From a bacterium (lineage in GTDB: Bacteria > Actinomycetota > Acidimicrobiia > Spongiisociales > Spongiisociaceae), in the NCBI GenBank assembly GCA_028821265.1, contig JAPPGU010000008.1, positions 108,716 to 172,715 of the forward strand: a stretch of DNA of 64,000 bases, in the 5' to 3' direction. The first letter of the stretch is position 1. Every line of letters starts with the position of its first letter. The notes under the pieces are model-generated. The model was not told the origin of the DNA, did no database searches, and was given only the letters and a program-made list of their open reading frames with translations. This document shows positions 9,460 through 18,905 of the stretch, in pieces. Made by a program: the position numbers and the translations under genes.

Positions 9460-9863
9460 TCCCGCCTATCCCCCAGACCGAGACGCTCCTCCAGGTGGTG
9501 CGCCAGCACGGCCGGCACTAGGACCCGAACCCCGCCCTCGTCGAAGAGCATCTTGACCGGTATGCCGGCAAGGTGCCCCTGGGCGACCGCCGGACGGTGC
9601 CGGGGAAACTCCCAGGCCGACACGGCTTGCAGACGAGCCAGTTGGGAGCGGCCGAACCAGGCCGCCGAGAAGCCGGCCTCGGGCTCGATGATGGCGTACC
9701 GGTCGGCTACGTCGACCCGCGCCAGGGCCGGTAGCACGAGCAGGTCGTCAGGGGCCAGACGCATCAAGCGCCCGTCGTCCGGCGATTCGATCCCGTCGAG
9801 CGCCCCGGGGTCGGCGACGATCCTGGTGGCCTCCAACCGCTCGAAGCGTTCAGGCACGGACAC
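9456..9863 (-). CDS. Sarcosine oxidase gamma-subunit-like protein
   Basis: GTG at 9863 with GGAGGG RBS; LAPDDLLV and WEFP..RPAVAQGHLAG resemble the GcvT/SoxG fold; lies between alpha and beta. Confidence 0.6.
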   Translation of the reverse strand: MSVPERFERLEATRIVADPGALDGIESPDDGRLMRLAPDDLLVLPALARVDVADRYAIIEPEAGFSAAWFGRSQLARLQAVSAWEFPRHRPAVAQGHLAGIPVKMLFDEGGVRVLVPAVLAHHLEERLGLGDRRE

Positions 9864-12072
9864 GTGAACCCTCCGGATCGTAGAAAGGCACGGCCACCTT
9901 CCGAGCCGGGCGTCCATCGATCAGGATGTCGCCGGCAAACGCCCCGTCCCGGGCGTACAGCCAGGCCAGCATCACCGAGCGGCCCAGCACGCGGGACCAG
10001 GTGGTGGAGGTCACGAACCCGGCGTAGTCGCCTTTCACCCGCAGGATGGCGCCCTGGGGCGGCGGACCGCCATCCATCTCCAAGCCCACCAGGAGCCTGT
10101 CCAACTCCATCCGGGAGGTCCGGGCCACCGCGGGCTTACCCAGGAAGTCCGCCTTGTCCATCCGGACCGCCCAGCCGTGACCCAACCGGCGGGGCGTGGA
10201 GTCCGGCAGGCTGTCCACCCCGACCAGAATGTGGCCCTTCTCGAGACGCAACTCTTCCAGCACCTCCAGCCCGTGCGGCCACACGCCCAGGTCCGCGCCG
10301 GACTCCATCAAGGCATGCCAGAGGTGGCGCGATTCACTCGCCTGGTGGTGGAGTTCGTAGGAGATCTCGCCCGTGAAGCTGAGCCTCATGACCCGGCACG
10401 CGACACCCGCCACCTCCATCTCCGTGTGGCCCATGAAAGGAGGCAGCCAATCAGCGGCGCCGAGCCGGGAGAGGAGCTCACCGGACCGGGGTCCGGTCAC
10501 GTTGATCGCCCCCCAAGAGGCGGTGCGGTCCAGGATCCTCACGTCCACCTTCCAGGCCTCGGCCCAGTCGCTCAGCCACATCTCGAAGTGGCCGGCGCCG
10601 GCGGACGTGGAGGTGAGCAGGAACCGGTTCGCGCCCTCGCGGCACACCAGCCCGTCGTCGAACACGTAGCCGCGCTCGTCGAGAACCAGTACGTACTTCG
10701 CCCGGCCGGGGCGGAGCGGGCTGATGCATGTCGGGTAGATACGCTCGAGGAACGCGTCCGCGTCGGGACCTGACACCAGGATCTTCCCCAGGGTGCTCAC
10801 GTCGCAGATGGACACCCCGGACCGGACCGCCCAGTACTCGCGGTCCGCGTCTCCGTAGGTCCAGGGCCTGAGCCAGCCTCCGGAGCGTTCCATCCTGGCC
10901 CCCAGAGCAAGATGCTCGTCATGGAGAGCGGTCCGCCGGTCGGGATGGTGGTACCAGCCCGCCGCGGCCTCCCCCATCGTGATCTGGGTGACCACCGGAC
11001 GAGCGGTGAACGACGGAGGCAGTTCCTGCCCCCCTGCGGCCACGAAGCTGCGCACGTGCGGCATGCAGACGGCGCCCTGGCAGGCACCCGTACCCGCCAA
11101 CGTGGACCGCTTGATCAACTCCAATTCGTGAAATCCGCGGTCCCACACCGACCGAAGATCGTCCACCGTGACCTCGGAACACGGGCAGACGACGCCCGCC
11201 TCGGGTACGGGCGGCCGGTCAAGATGTCCGGCGGCGCTGCCCACCGCGCGCGCTCCCGGCAAGCCGTGGGCCATCCGGGCGAGCGTGTCCCGCGGACCCG
11301 ATCCGAGACCGACCACGGCGGTATCGCATGGATATGCGCGTTCGGCGCCGGTCTCCTCGTCCCGGGTAACCACCCGCCGCACCACTCCTTCCCCCTCGAA
11401 GCCGACCAACCTGCCCTGGGCCGGCTCGTGGCCCACTCCCTCCGGTGGCCTACCGACCGATACCACCCTTCCCAGATCCACTCCGGAAGCTGCCAGCCCC
11501 TCGGCTGCCCGCCTGGTCAGGATGCCGGCCAGCTGGTTCCCGGGACATACGGGCTGCACCTCGACCGACCCGGTCGCCACCACGACCTCCTCGCTGAAGA
11601 TCCTCGCCATGCCTTCAGGTGTCCGGGCCACCACCTCCGGACCGGGATATACGCCGACCGCTTCCGTGCCGGCCCGCGCGTCGAGGGTGACCACCCTGCG
11701 TCCTCTCTCCTCGGCCTCGGCAGCCGCCTCCCTCCCCGAACGACCCTGGCCGATCACCACGGTGTCGCAATGGACCATCTCGAAGCCGACCGCACTCTCG
11801 CCGGTGGGCGCTCGGGTGGACGATGGAAGGGGCGGGTACCCGCCGGACGGATGCGAGGCGACCTTCATGCCTTCGACGGCCGAAGTCCGGCAGGCGCGAA
11901 CGTACGAGACTCCCCCGAGGGTGACCAGGCAGTAGGGGCAGTCGCCGTCGGCGCACAGGCATCCGCCCCACGGCCTCAGACCGGCTCGGAAAACAGCTGT
12001 CAGGACCGTGTCACCCGCCTCGAACGGGACCTGCGTCCCGTCGAAGTCGATCACCTTGCCCGGGCGAGTCAT
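9850..12072 (-). CDS. Sarcosine oxidase alpha-like protein: 2Fe-2S domain, BFD-like cluster and GcvT (THF-binding) domain
   Basis: ATG at 12072 overlaps the upstream stop (ATGA). CLCADGDCPYC, CPCSEV...GTGACQGAVC, DVSTLGKI.VSGPDA, LRLEKGHI. 740 aa. Confidence 0.85.
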   Translation of the reverse strand: MTRPGKVIDFDGTQVPFEAGDTVLTAVFRAGLRPWGGCLCADGDCPYCLVTLGGVSYVRACRTSAVEGMKVASHPSGGYPPLPSSTRAPTGESAVGFEMVHCDTVVIGQGRSGREAAAEAEERGRRVVTLDARAGTEAVGVYPGPEVVARTPEGMARIFSEEVVVATGSVEVQPVCPGNQLAGILTRRAAEGLAASGVDLGRVVSVGRPPEGVGHEPAQGRLVGFEGEGVVRRVVTRDEETGAERAYPCDTAVVGLGSGPRDTLARMAHGLPGARAVGSAAGHLDRPPVPEAGVVCPCSEVTVDDLRSVWDRGFHELELIKRSTLAGTGACQGAVCMPHVRSFVAAGGQELPPSFTARPVVTQITMGEAAAGWYHHPDRRTALHDEHLALGARMERSGGWLRPWTYGDADREYWAVRSGVSICDVSTLGKILVSGPDADAFLERIYPTCISPLRPGRAKYVLVLDERGYVFDDGLVCREGANRFLLTSTSAGAGHFEMWLSDWAEAWKVDVRILDRTASWGAINVTGPRSGELLSRLGAADWLPPFMGHTEMEVAGVACRVMRLSFTGEISYELHHQASESRHLWHALMESGADLGVWPHGLEVLEELRLEKGHILVGVDSLPDSTPRRLGHGWAVRMDKADFLGKPAVARTSRMELDRLLVGLEMDGGPPPQGAILRVKGDYAGFVTSTTWSRVLGRSVMLAWLYARDGAFAGDILIDGRPARKVAVPFYDPEGSRVRA

Positions 12073-13394
12073 CGCAGCCCGAGAGGGTAGCCGGAGAGCA
12101 GCTCGGCTCCGCGATCGGTCACCAACACCTGCTGCTCCAGCTTGACGCCCTCCCCCCGGCCCCACCGACCCACGAAGGACTCTACGCACAGCACCATTCC
12201 GGCCTCCACCACGCCGTCCCAACCGGACTGGTCCCAGGTGTCGGGATAGACGATCATCGGCCACTCGTCCGCCATGCCCACCCCGTGGAACTGCGTGGTG
12301 TAGTGACGGAACCGCTCCACATCCGGCACGTAGGTGTCGAAGGTCAGTTCGCGGAAGGTAATGCCGGGACGGAGCATCGCCATGTTGCGGTGGATCATCT
12401 CCTCCGCCCGCCCGAACACATCGAGTTGGTGGGCATTCGGAGGTTTGTCACCGGCGATCCACGTTCTCGAGATGTCCACGCACATCCCGAACGGGCCGAT
12501 CAGGTCGGTGTCGAAGGCCACGAGGTCACCGTCCTCGATCACCCGGGCGGACGCCTCCTGGAACCACGGGTTGGTGCGGGGGCCGGAGGACAGCAGGCGG
12601 GTCTCTAGCCACTCTCCACCCCGGCGCACGTTCTCCGAGTGGAGCACAGCCCAGAGCTCCAGCTCAGTGACACCCGGTTCGAGAGCCGCACGCATAGCGT
12701 CCAGGGAGCGATCGGTCACTACGGTCGCCGCCCTTATCAGCGTGATCTCCTCGGGGCTCTTGACGGATCGGGCGACCTCCATGACCTCCCCGCCGTTGCG
12801 GAGTTCGAGTCCGCGCCCCTCCAGGGCGTGGATGGCGTCGGGACTCGCCCGATCGATAGCGACCCGACGGTTCCCATCACCGTGTTCCTCCACCACGGAG
12901 GCCAGTTCGGCGGACCACCGGCGCAGGTTCCGGTCCATCTCGATCCCGGACAACTCGTACATCCACTGGGTGGCGGGCCGTACCTCCTCGACCAGTCGGG
13001 CGTGCCCGGCCAGGAAGGCCGCATCGCCGTAGTCGAACAGGATCATGGGACCCTCGGCGCCGACCCACAGGTACCGGCAGGGGTTGTGAGCGGTCCACAG
13101 GGACATGTTGGTGGTGTCGGAGGCGTAGCGGATGTGAACCGGGTCGTAGAGAACGATCCCCGCGTAGTCGAGTTCCCGCAACCGGTCTCGCACCCGGCCC
13201 AAGCGGTAGCGGCGCACCACGTCCAAGTCGGGAAGAACGATCCCGGCAGCCGCTATCTCCGCGAGGGCGTCCGGTGGCAGGCCGATCGAGTGCCAGTTGT
13301 CTGCCACGGCCCGCCGGTATTCCGCGCCACCGACTCCTCGGGGGCCGATCCGGCTACCGACCCGTGGTCCGAATGCGTCGGGACCGGTTTTCAT
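12069..13394 (-). CDS. dddP: DddP-like M24B metallo-enzyme (DMSP lyase family), copy 2
   Basis: LPDL..R..R, NM.LW.AHNP, HSENVRRGGEWLETRLLSSGPRTNPWFQE, AFDTDLIG, CVDISRTW, HGVG.ADEWP, GMVLCVE, KLEQQV match remembered roseobacter DddP; all metal ligands present. Activity unproven. Confidence 0.78.
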   Translation of the reverse strand: MKTGPDAFGPRVGSRIGPRGVGGAEYRRAVADNWHSIGLPPDALAEIAAAGIVLPDLDVVRRYRLGRVRDRLRELDYAGIVLYDPVHIRYASDTTNMSLWTAHNPCRYLWVGAEGPMILFDYGDAAFLAGHARLVEEVRPATQWMYELSGIEMDRNLRRWSAELASVVEEHGDGNRRVAIDRASPDAIHALEGRGLELRNGGEVMEVARSVKSPEEITLIRAATVVTDRSLDAMRAALEPGVTELELWAVLHSENVRRGGEWLETRLLSSGPRTNPWFQEASARVIEDGDLVAFDTDLIGPFGMCVDISRTWIAGDKPPNAHQLDVFGRAEEMIHRNMAMLRPGITFRELTFDTYVPDVERFRHYTTQFHGVGMADEWPMIVYPDTWDQSGWDGVVEAGMVLCVESFVGRWGRGEGVKLEQQVLVTDRGAELLSGYPLGLR

Positions 13395-13470
13395 CGGCGG
13401 TGGTAAACGCCCGGTCTCGCCACCGGAGAGGAGGCTCCCTCAATCGGACCGTCGAACTCAAGAAACGCGA

Positions 13471-14799
13471 TCATCGGAGGCCGATCGGAAACCGGGACAG
13501 AAGCTCGTGACCATGCTCGGTCACCAGCACCTGCTGCTCGAGTTTGACCCCCTCGCCCCAACCCCTCCTGCCCACGAAGGACTCGACGCACAGTACCATT
13601 CCAGGCTCCACCACACCGTCGTAGCCAGCCTGGTCCCACGTTTGCGGAAGGCCGATCATCGGCCACTCGTCGGCCATACCGACCCCGTGGAACTGGTTCG
13701 AGTAGGAGTTGAACTCGTCGATGTCGGGAAGCCAGGCATCGAAGGTGAGCTCCCGGAAGGTGACACCCGGGCGCACCATCTCGATATTGCGCCGGATCGT
13801 CTCCTCGGCGCGGGCAAAGACATCCTGCTGGTTGGCATTGGGACGCCGGGAGCCGGCGATCCAGGTGCGCGAGATGTCGACGCACATCCCGAAGATGCCT
13901 ATCAGGTCGGTGTCGAACGCCACCAGATCCCCGTCCTCGATCACCCGCCCGGCGGCCTCGTGGAACCAGGGGTTGGTCCGCGGACCGGAACAGAGGAAAC
14001 GATTCTCGATCCACTCACCTCCACGGCGGATGTTCTCCGCGTGGAGGATCGCCCACAAGTCCAGTTCGGTCATGCCGGGCTCGAGTGAAGCCCTCATCGC
14101 TTCCACGGAATGCTCGGCCGCCACCAGCGCGGCTCGCATCAGGGTGACCTCCTCCGGGCTCTTCACCGAGCGAGCCACCTCCATGACCTCGCCCCCGTTG
14201 CGGAGCTCGAGTCCCCGCTGATCCAGGGCGTGAATGGCATCAGGACTGGCCCGATCGATTGCCACCCGCCGGTTGCCCGACCCGTGCTCCGCTACCACGG
14301 AGGCCAACTCGGAGGACCACCTACGCAGATAGCGCTCCATCTCGATCCCCGCGAGTTCGTACATCCACTGGGTAGCCGGCCGTACCTCGTCCACCAGGGG
14401 GTTGTGTCCTGCCAGGAATGCGGTCTCCGAGAAGTCGAAGAGAATCATGGGCCCCTCGGCTCCCACCCAGAGGTATCGGCAGGGGTTGTGCGCGCTCCAC
14501 AGAGTCATGTTGGTGGCATCGCACGCGTAACGGATGTGTACCGGGTCGTAGAGGATTATGCCCGCATAGTCGAGATCTCTCAGGCGATCTCGCACCCGTT
14601 GAAGGCGGTACCGCCTCACCACATCCAGGTCGGGGAGGACGATGCCCTCGGCCTCGATCTCCGCGAGCGTCTGGGCGGGCAATCCTACCGAGTGCCGGTT
14701 GTTCGCCACGTCCGACCGGTACCCTGCGGATCCGCTCCGGCCGGGTCCGATTCGGCGGCCGGAGGGCGGGCCTCCCAAGTGATGGGTCATATCAGCCAT
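13471..14799 (-). CDS. dddP: DddP-like M24B metallo-enzyme (DMSP lyase family), copy 1
   Basis: Same motifs as the adjacent copy (HAENIRRGGEWIENRFLCSGPRTNPWF, FDTDLIG, CVDISRTW, HGVGMADEWP, CVE, KLE). Confidence 0.78.
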   Translation of the reverse strand: MADMTHHLGGPPSGRRIGPGRSGSAGYRSDVANNRHSVGLPAQTLAEIEAEGIVLPDLDVVRRYRLQRVRDRLRDLDYAGIILYDPVHIRYACDATNMTLWSAHNPCRYLWVGAEGPMILFDFSETAFLAGHNPLVDEVRPATQWMYELAGIEMERYLRRWSSELASVVAEHGSGNRRVAIDRASPDAIHALDQRGLELRNGGEVMEVARSVKSPEEVTLMRAALVAAEHSVEAMRASLEPGMTELDLWAILHAENIRRGGEWIENRFLCSGPRTNPWFHEAAGRVIEDGDLVAFDTDLIGIFGMCVDISRTWIAGSRRPNANQQDVFARAEETIRRNIEMVRPGVTFRELTFDAWLPDIDEFNSYSNQFHGVGMADEWPMIGLPQTWDQAGYDGVVEPGMVLCVESFVGRRGWGEGVKLEQQVLVTEHGHELLSRFPIGLR

Positions 14800-15118
14800 G
14801 GCTCAGCGGCGGGATCGGGTTTGGTCGCCGGCGTGCCAGGTTACAGCCGTACTCACAGGCCGGCAGCCAAGGCACGGCCCTCTCCCGGACAAACCGCAGA
14901 ACGTGGTGAGCCTCCAGTCAGGTAGCAGCGGATCGTGATCCTTGACAGATGGCTCGAGCGGCGATCGGTGGATGCCTGCTGGCAAGCGATCCGCGACCGG
15001 TTTTCCGGACAAATCGCGTGGCTGACCGGGGCGGGAGCACCCGTTTCGTTCTAGGGTGATCACACCGGCGTGATGCTTCGCAGCAGGTCCGGGAGAGGCC
15101 GGAAGGAAAGGGGAGACC

Positions 15119-16009
15119 ATGATCATCGACAGCCACGTGTGGCTCTCGAAGCCGGAGCACTGGGGCGGCAAGGGCGTGATGGACGACGCCATGTACAAGG
15201 CGGGTTGGGCCGCCCGGGGTCTTGGTACCAAGACGGGGCTCTTGAAGGGCATGAGCGCCGAGCAGATGGTGGAGATCATGGACGAGGCGGGCGTCGACAT
15301 GGCGGTCTGCCATGCCAGCAAGGTACCCCACCTGAACTCGGAGGTGCCACCGTCGTTCGTGGCTGCGGCCGTTGACAAGTACCCCGACCGGTACATCGGG
15401 CTGGGGAGCGTCGACCTGTTCGGGGGGCTCAGCGCGTTGCGCGAGATGGAGGAGATCGTGGACATGGGCCTGGTGGGAATGAAGATCTCGCCCGCCACCA
15501 GCTTTGACATACCTCTCAACGACCCCTCGATCATGCCCATCTACGAGAAGGCCCAGGAACTCGGGATGGTCATCTTCGTCCACACCGGGTGGTCCGGGTA
15601 CTTCCTCCTCAAGAACCAGCACCCGATCCTCCTGGACGACGTGGCCGTGGAGTTTCCCGATCTGAAGCTGGTGGTGGTCCACGCCGGGGAGAACTACTAC
15701 GAGGAAGTAGTGATGATGATGCTGAAGAACCCCAACGTGTATGCCAACACGGGCTGGTGGGGCTTCCTCCAGCCAGTGGAGACCAACGTCCGGTTCCTCA
15801 AGTACGCCAAGCACTTCATGGTCCTCGACAAGGTCCTTTGGGGTACGGACAACTACGACTGCCGGGAGGATGTCCCGTTCGTGAAGTCCCTGCCCGCCCA
15901 GGCCGCCGAGCACAACATCGCCCCCGGACTGCCCGAGCTCACCGACGATGACATCGCCGACTACATGGGGAACAACGCCGCCCGCCTCTTCGGCGTGGAC
16001 ACCGGCTGA
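15119..16009 (+). CDS. Amidohydrolase_2 family protein, copy A
   Basis: AAGGGGAG RBS; IIDSHVW, HTG, VVHAG, LWGTD, GNNAARLF. Confidence 0.85.
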   Translation: MIIDSHVWLSKPEHWGGKGVMDDAMYKAGWAARGLGTKTGLLKGMSAEQMVEIMDEAGVDMAVCHASKVPHLNSEVPPSFVAAAVDKYPDRYIGLGSVDLFGGLSALREMEEIVDMGLVGMKISPATSFDIPLNDPSIMPIYEKAQELGMVIFVHTGWSGYFLLKNQHPILLDDVAVEFPDLKLVVVHAGENYYEEVVMMMLKNPNVYANTGWWGFLQPVETNVRFLKYAKHFMVLDKVLWGTDNYDCREDVPFVKSLPAQAAEHNIAPGLPELTDDDIADYMGNNAARLFGVDTG

Positions 16010-16038
16010 TCCCGATCCGGGCTCGATAACCTCCGCGC

Positions 16039-16971
16039 ATGCGGGCTGCCGTCATGCACTCGCCCGGTTCGCCGCTCGTGATCGAGGAACGGCCACGGCC
16101 CCGCACCGGGTCGGGTCTGATGGTGGAGGTGCTGGCCTGCGGTGTCTGCCACACCGACCTCGACCTGCTCGGCAGCGAGCTCACCAGGACCCCGCACGTG
16201 CTCGGCCATGAAGTGGTGGTGGCCGGCCCGGACGGGGAACCGTGCCTGGTGTACGGCAGCTGGGGGTGCCGGCGATGCTTGCACTGCCGGTCGGGGGACG
16301 AGGCGATGTGCCCGGACGTGGTCATCGTGGGGGTGCACGCGGACGGCGGCTACGCGGAGGCTCTGGTGGTCCCCGACGAGAGCTACCTGTACCCGATCGG
16401 TGACCTCGACCCGGCCGAGGCCGCGCCGCTCGCCGACGCGGGCGCCACCTCGTACCGGGCGGTTCGCAGGGCCATGCCGGCCACCCGGGCCGTGGTGATC
16501 GGGGTCGGCGGTCTTGGCCAGTTCGCCATCCAATGGCTGAGGCTGGTGGCGGACTGCTCGGTCGCAGCGGTGGATACGGCTCCTGACAAGCTCCACCGAG
16601 CCCTCGAACTCGGCGCGGACGAGGCCTGTCCACCCACGGCCGAGATGGAGCCCGCGCCGGTCGTGCTGGACTTCGTCGGTACTACGGAGTCGTTGCAGTT
16701 GGCCAGGTCGCTGGTCGAGCGGCAGGGAAGGATCGTGCTCGTGGGAGGCGGCGGAGGGACGATCGCGGTGGGCATGGAGGCAATCCCCTACGAGACGTGG
16801 GTAACCAACTCCATTATGGGATCCCGGTCAGACGTGACGACCGTGCTGGAACATGCGCAGCGGGGGAACGTGGATTGCCATGTCGAAGAACTTCCGCTGG
16901 ACGATGCCGACACGGCTCTGGGACGGTTACGCGAGGGCGGGGTCACGGGCCGGCTGGTCCTGAAGCCTTAG
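16039..16971 (+). CDS. Zinc-dependent alcohol dehydrogenase (MDR)
   Basis: CGVCHTD, GHE, structural Zn CxxCxxC...C, GVGGLG. Confidence 0.92.
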   Translation: MRAAVMHSPGSPLVIEERPRPRTGSGLMVEVLACGVCHTDLDLLGSELTRTPHVLGHEVVVAGPDGEPCLVYGSWGCRRCLHCRSGDEAMCPDVVIVGVHADGGYAEALVVPDESYLYPIGDLDPAEAAPLADAGATSYRAVRRAMPATRAVVIGVGGLGQFAIQWLRLVADCSVAAVDTAPDKLHRALELGADEACPPTAEMEPAPVVLDFVGTTESLQLARSLVERQGRIVLVGGGGGTIAVGMEAIPYETWVTNSIMGSRSDVTTVLEHAQRGNVDCHVEELPLDDADTALGRLREGGVTGRLVLKP

Positions 16972-17001
16972 GAGGCACCAGATCGTGGACGAGTCGAGCA
17001 G

Positions 17002-18651
17002 TCAGGAGTGGTAGGCCACGTAAGGCGCTTCGACGCTCGGGACTTTGACCTGGACCACCGCCGGCAATCCTGACTCCATGGCCCGGCGCAGTGCATGGCC
17101 AAGGTCAGCCTCATCGTCCACGTACTCGCCGTGCCCGCCCATCGCCTCCATTACTTGCCACCACGGCCGGCGGGGCAGGTCGAGCTCGATCTCGGTGCCG
17201 TAGGCCCGCTGCTGGGGCAGGGCGATGGCGCCCCACTTCTCATCGTCGTAGATCACCACGATGATCGGTGCCCCGTACCGGAGCGCGGTCTCCATCTCGA
17301 ATCCGTGGAACGCGAACCCGCCGTCGCCGACGATCACGACCACGGTGCTCGCCGGGGAAGCAAGCTTGGCCGCCACCCCGAAGGGGATCTCGGCGCCGAG
17401 GGCTCCCGACTGGCCCGCCCGCAGGTAGCGGCCCGGAGGCCGGACCCTCAGCACGGGATCCGCCCAGAAGTCGATGTTCCCGTGCGAGGTCACGAAGGTG
17501 GTGTCGCTCGGCATCGCCTGCTCCAGCAGAGCGGTGAGCCGGGCGGGGTGTATCCCCTCGCCCTCGACCTGCGGCTCCACGGCCGCACGATCCCGCCACG
17601 AGCGCCAATCCTCGGCGACCCGGCGGCACCAGGCGCGATCAAGGCCTCCGGGATCGACGTTCGCCAGAACGCCCAGCACGATGTCTGAGCCGGCCACCAG
17701 CCCGAGGTCCGGTTGCAGGAACTTGCCTACTACGGCCGCGTCCGGATGCGATTGGATCACCACCGCGTCATCGGCCACCGAGCCGCCGTACCCCAGGTCC
17801 GCCTCGAATTCGTGACCTACGACCAATACGAGGTCCGCATCGGCAATGGTGTGGCGGAGCTGGGGGTTGGATCCGAGGTAGCCCACCCCGGCGTAGTACG
17901 GATGATGCTCGTCCACCAGACCGCGGCCGAGCCGGAGGGTGACGAACGGGATCCGGAGGTGATCGACCGCATCGGCCAGGACATCGTCGGCGGTCGACCA
18001 AAGGACATCGTCTCCTGCCACCAGGAGGGGTCGCCGGGAACCGGAGACGAGGTGCACGAGGCGCTCCGCCTGCTCCGGCACCAGCCCCGGGCCGCGCCGC
18101 CCGCCTTTGGCCCGCTTCGCCGTCGGAGGGGGCGCCGACCCGGCCAGTACATCCACCGGAATCTCGAGGAACGCCGGACCAGGCCGTCCCGAGGTCATGG
18201 CGGTCCAGGCGGCATCCAGGTACTCCTCGATCCGGTCAGGGTCCACGACCCGGGCCGCGTACTTGGTGACCGGCATCATCACCGGGAGAGGATCGAAGGA
18301 CATGACCGACTCCTTGTCCAGCACGCTCACCGGGGCCTGCCCGCCAAGGATCAGGAACGGCACGCCGGCCCGGACGGCTGTCAGCGCGGGCGTGACCGTG
18401 TTGGTGACGCCTGGCCCCAGGGTCACCGCGCATACTCCGGGAGACCTGGTGACCCGGGCGGTGCCCTCCGCCATGAAGGCGGCGGCTGCTTCGTGGCGGG
18501 TGTGGACTATCCGGACAGGGGCCCGCCGCGTGGCGTGGTAGATGGGGTTGAGCGGCCCGCCGGACACCGAGAAGACATGCCGGATTCCCCGGGCGGCCAG
18601 TAGGTCTACTACCAGATCACCGCCGGAATAGGGGACGTCGGCGGCGGTCAC
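17002..18651 (-). CDS. Thiamine-diphosphate-binding enzyme (acetolactate synthase/POX superfamily)
   Basis: RHEAAAAFMAEG catalytic Glu, TLGPGVTN, GDGGF ThDP motif. Confidence 0.9.
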   Translation of the reverse strand: MTAADVPYSGGDLVVDLLAARGIRHVFSVSGGPLNPIYHATRRAPVRIVHTRHEAAAAFMAEGTARVTRSPGVCAVTLGPGVTNTVTPALTAVRAGVPFLILGGQAPVSVLDKESVMSFDPLPVMMPVTKYAARVVDPDRIEEYLDAAWTAMTSGRPGPAFLEIPVDVLAGSAPPPTAKRAKGGRRGPGLVPEQAERLVHLVSGSRRPLLVAGDDVLWSTADDVLADAVDHLRIPFVTLRLGRGLVDEHHPYYAGVGYLGSNPQLRHTIADADLVLVVGHEFEADLGYGGSVADDAVVIQSHPDAAVVGKFLQPDLGLVAGSDIVLGVLANVDPGGLDRAWCRRVAEDWRSWRDRAAVEPQVEGEGIHPARLTALLEQAMPSDTTFVTSHGNIDFWADPVLRVRPPGRYLRAGQSGALGAEIPFGVAAKLASPASTVVVIVGDGGFAFHGFEMETALRYGAPIIVVIYDDEKWGAIALPQQRAYGTEIELDLPRRPWWQVMEAMGGHGEYVDDEADLGHALRRAMESGLPAVVQVKVPSVEAPYVAYHS

Positions 18652-18655
18652 CGGG

Positions 18656-18889
18656 TCAGGCTTCTCGGATCTCGGCGATCACTGCCCCGACATCCACCGT
18701 GTCATCCTCCGAGACGTATACCTGGGTGAGGATGCCCGAGGCCGGGGACTCCAGCTCGACCTCCACCTTGTCGGTCTCGAACTCGGCCAGGGGCTCGCCC
18801 TTGACGACCGGCGCGCCCACCGCTTTCAGCCAGCGGATCAGCACCGCATCCTGCATCGACACGCCCCACTTGGGAAGTATCACCTGCAT
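18656..18889 (-). CDS. Stand-alone lipoyl-domain protein
   Basis: 77 aa, PKWGVSM...W.K..G..V..GEPLAEFETDKV (lipoyl Lys). Confidence 0.88.
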   Translation of the reverse strand: MQVILPKWGVSMQDAVLIRWLKAVGAPVVKGEPLAEFETDKVEVELESPASGILTQVYVSEDDTVDVGAVIAEIREA

Positions 18890-18905
18890 ACCGGCCTGCC
18901 TCCCT

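Noticed and set aside
12069-14799. Calling the M24 pair creatinases because they precede sarcosine-oxidase-like genes
   Set aside because: Creatinase lacks the dinuclear metal ligands; both proteins keep them and carry DddP-type motifs. Kept only as an activity to test.
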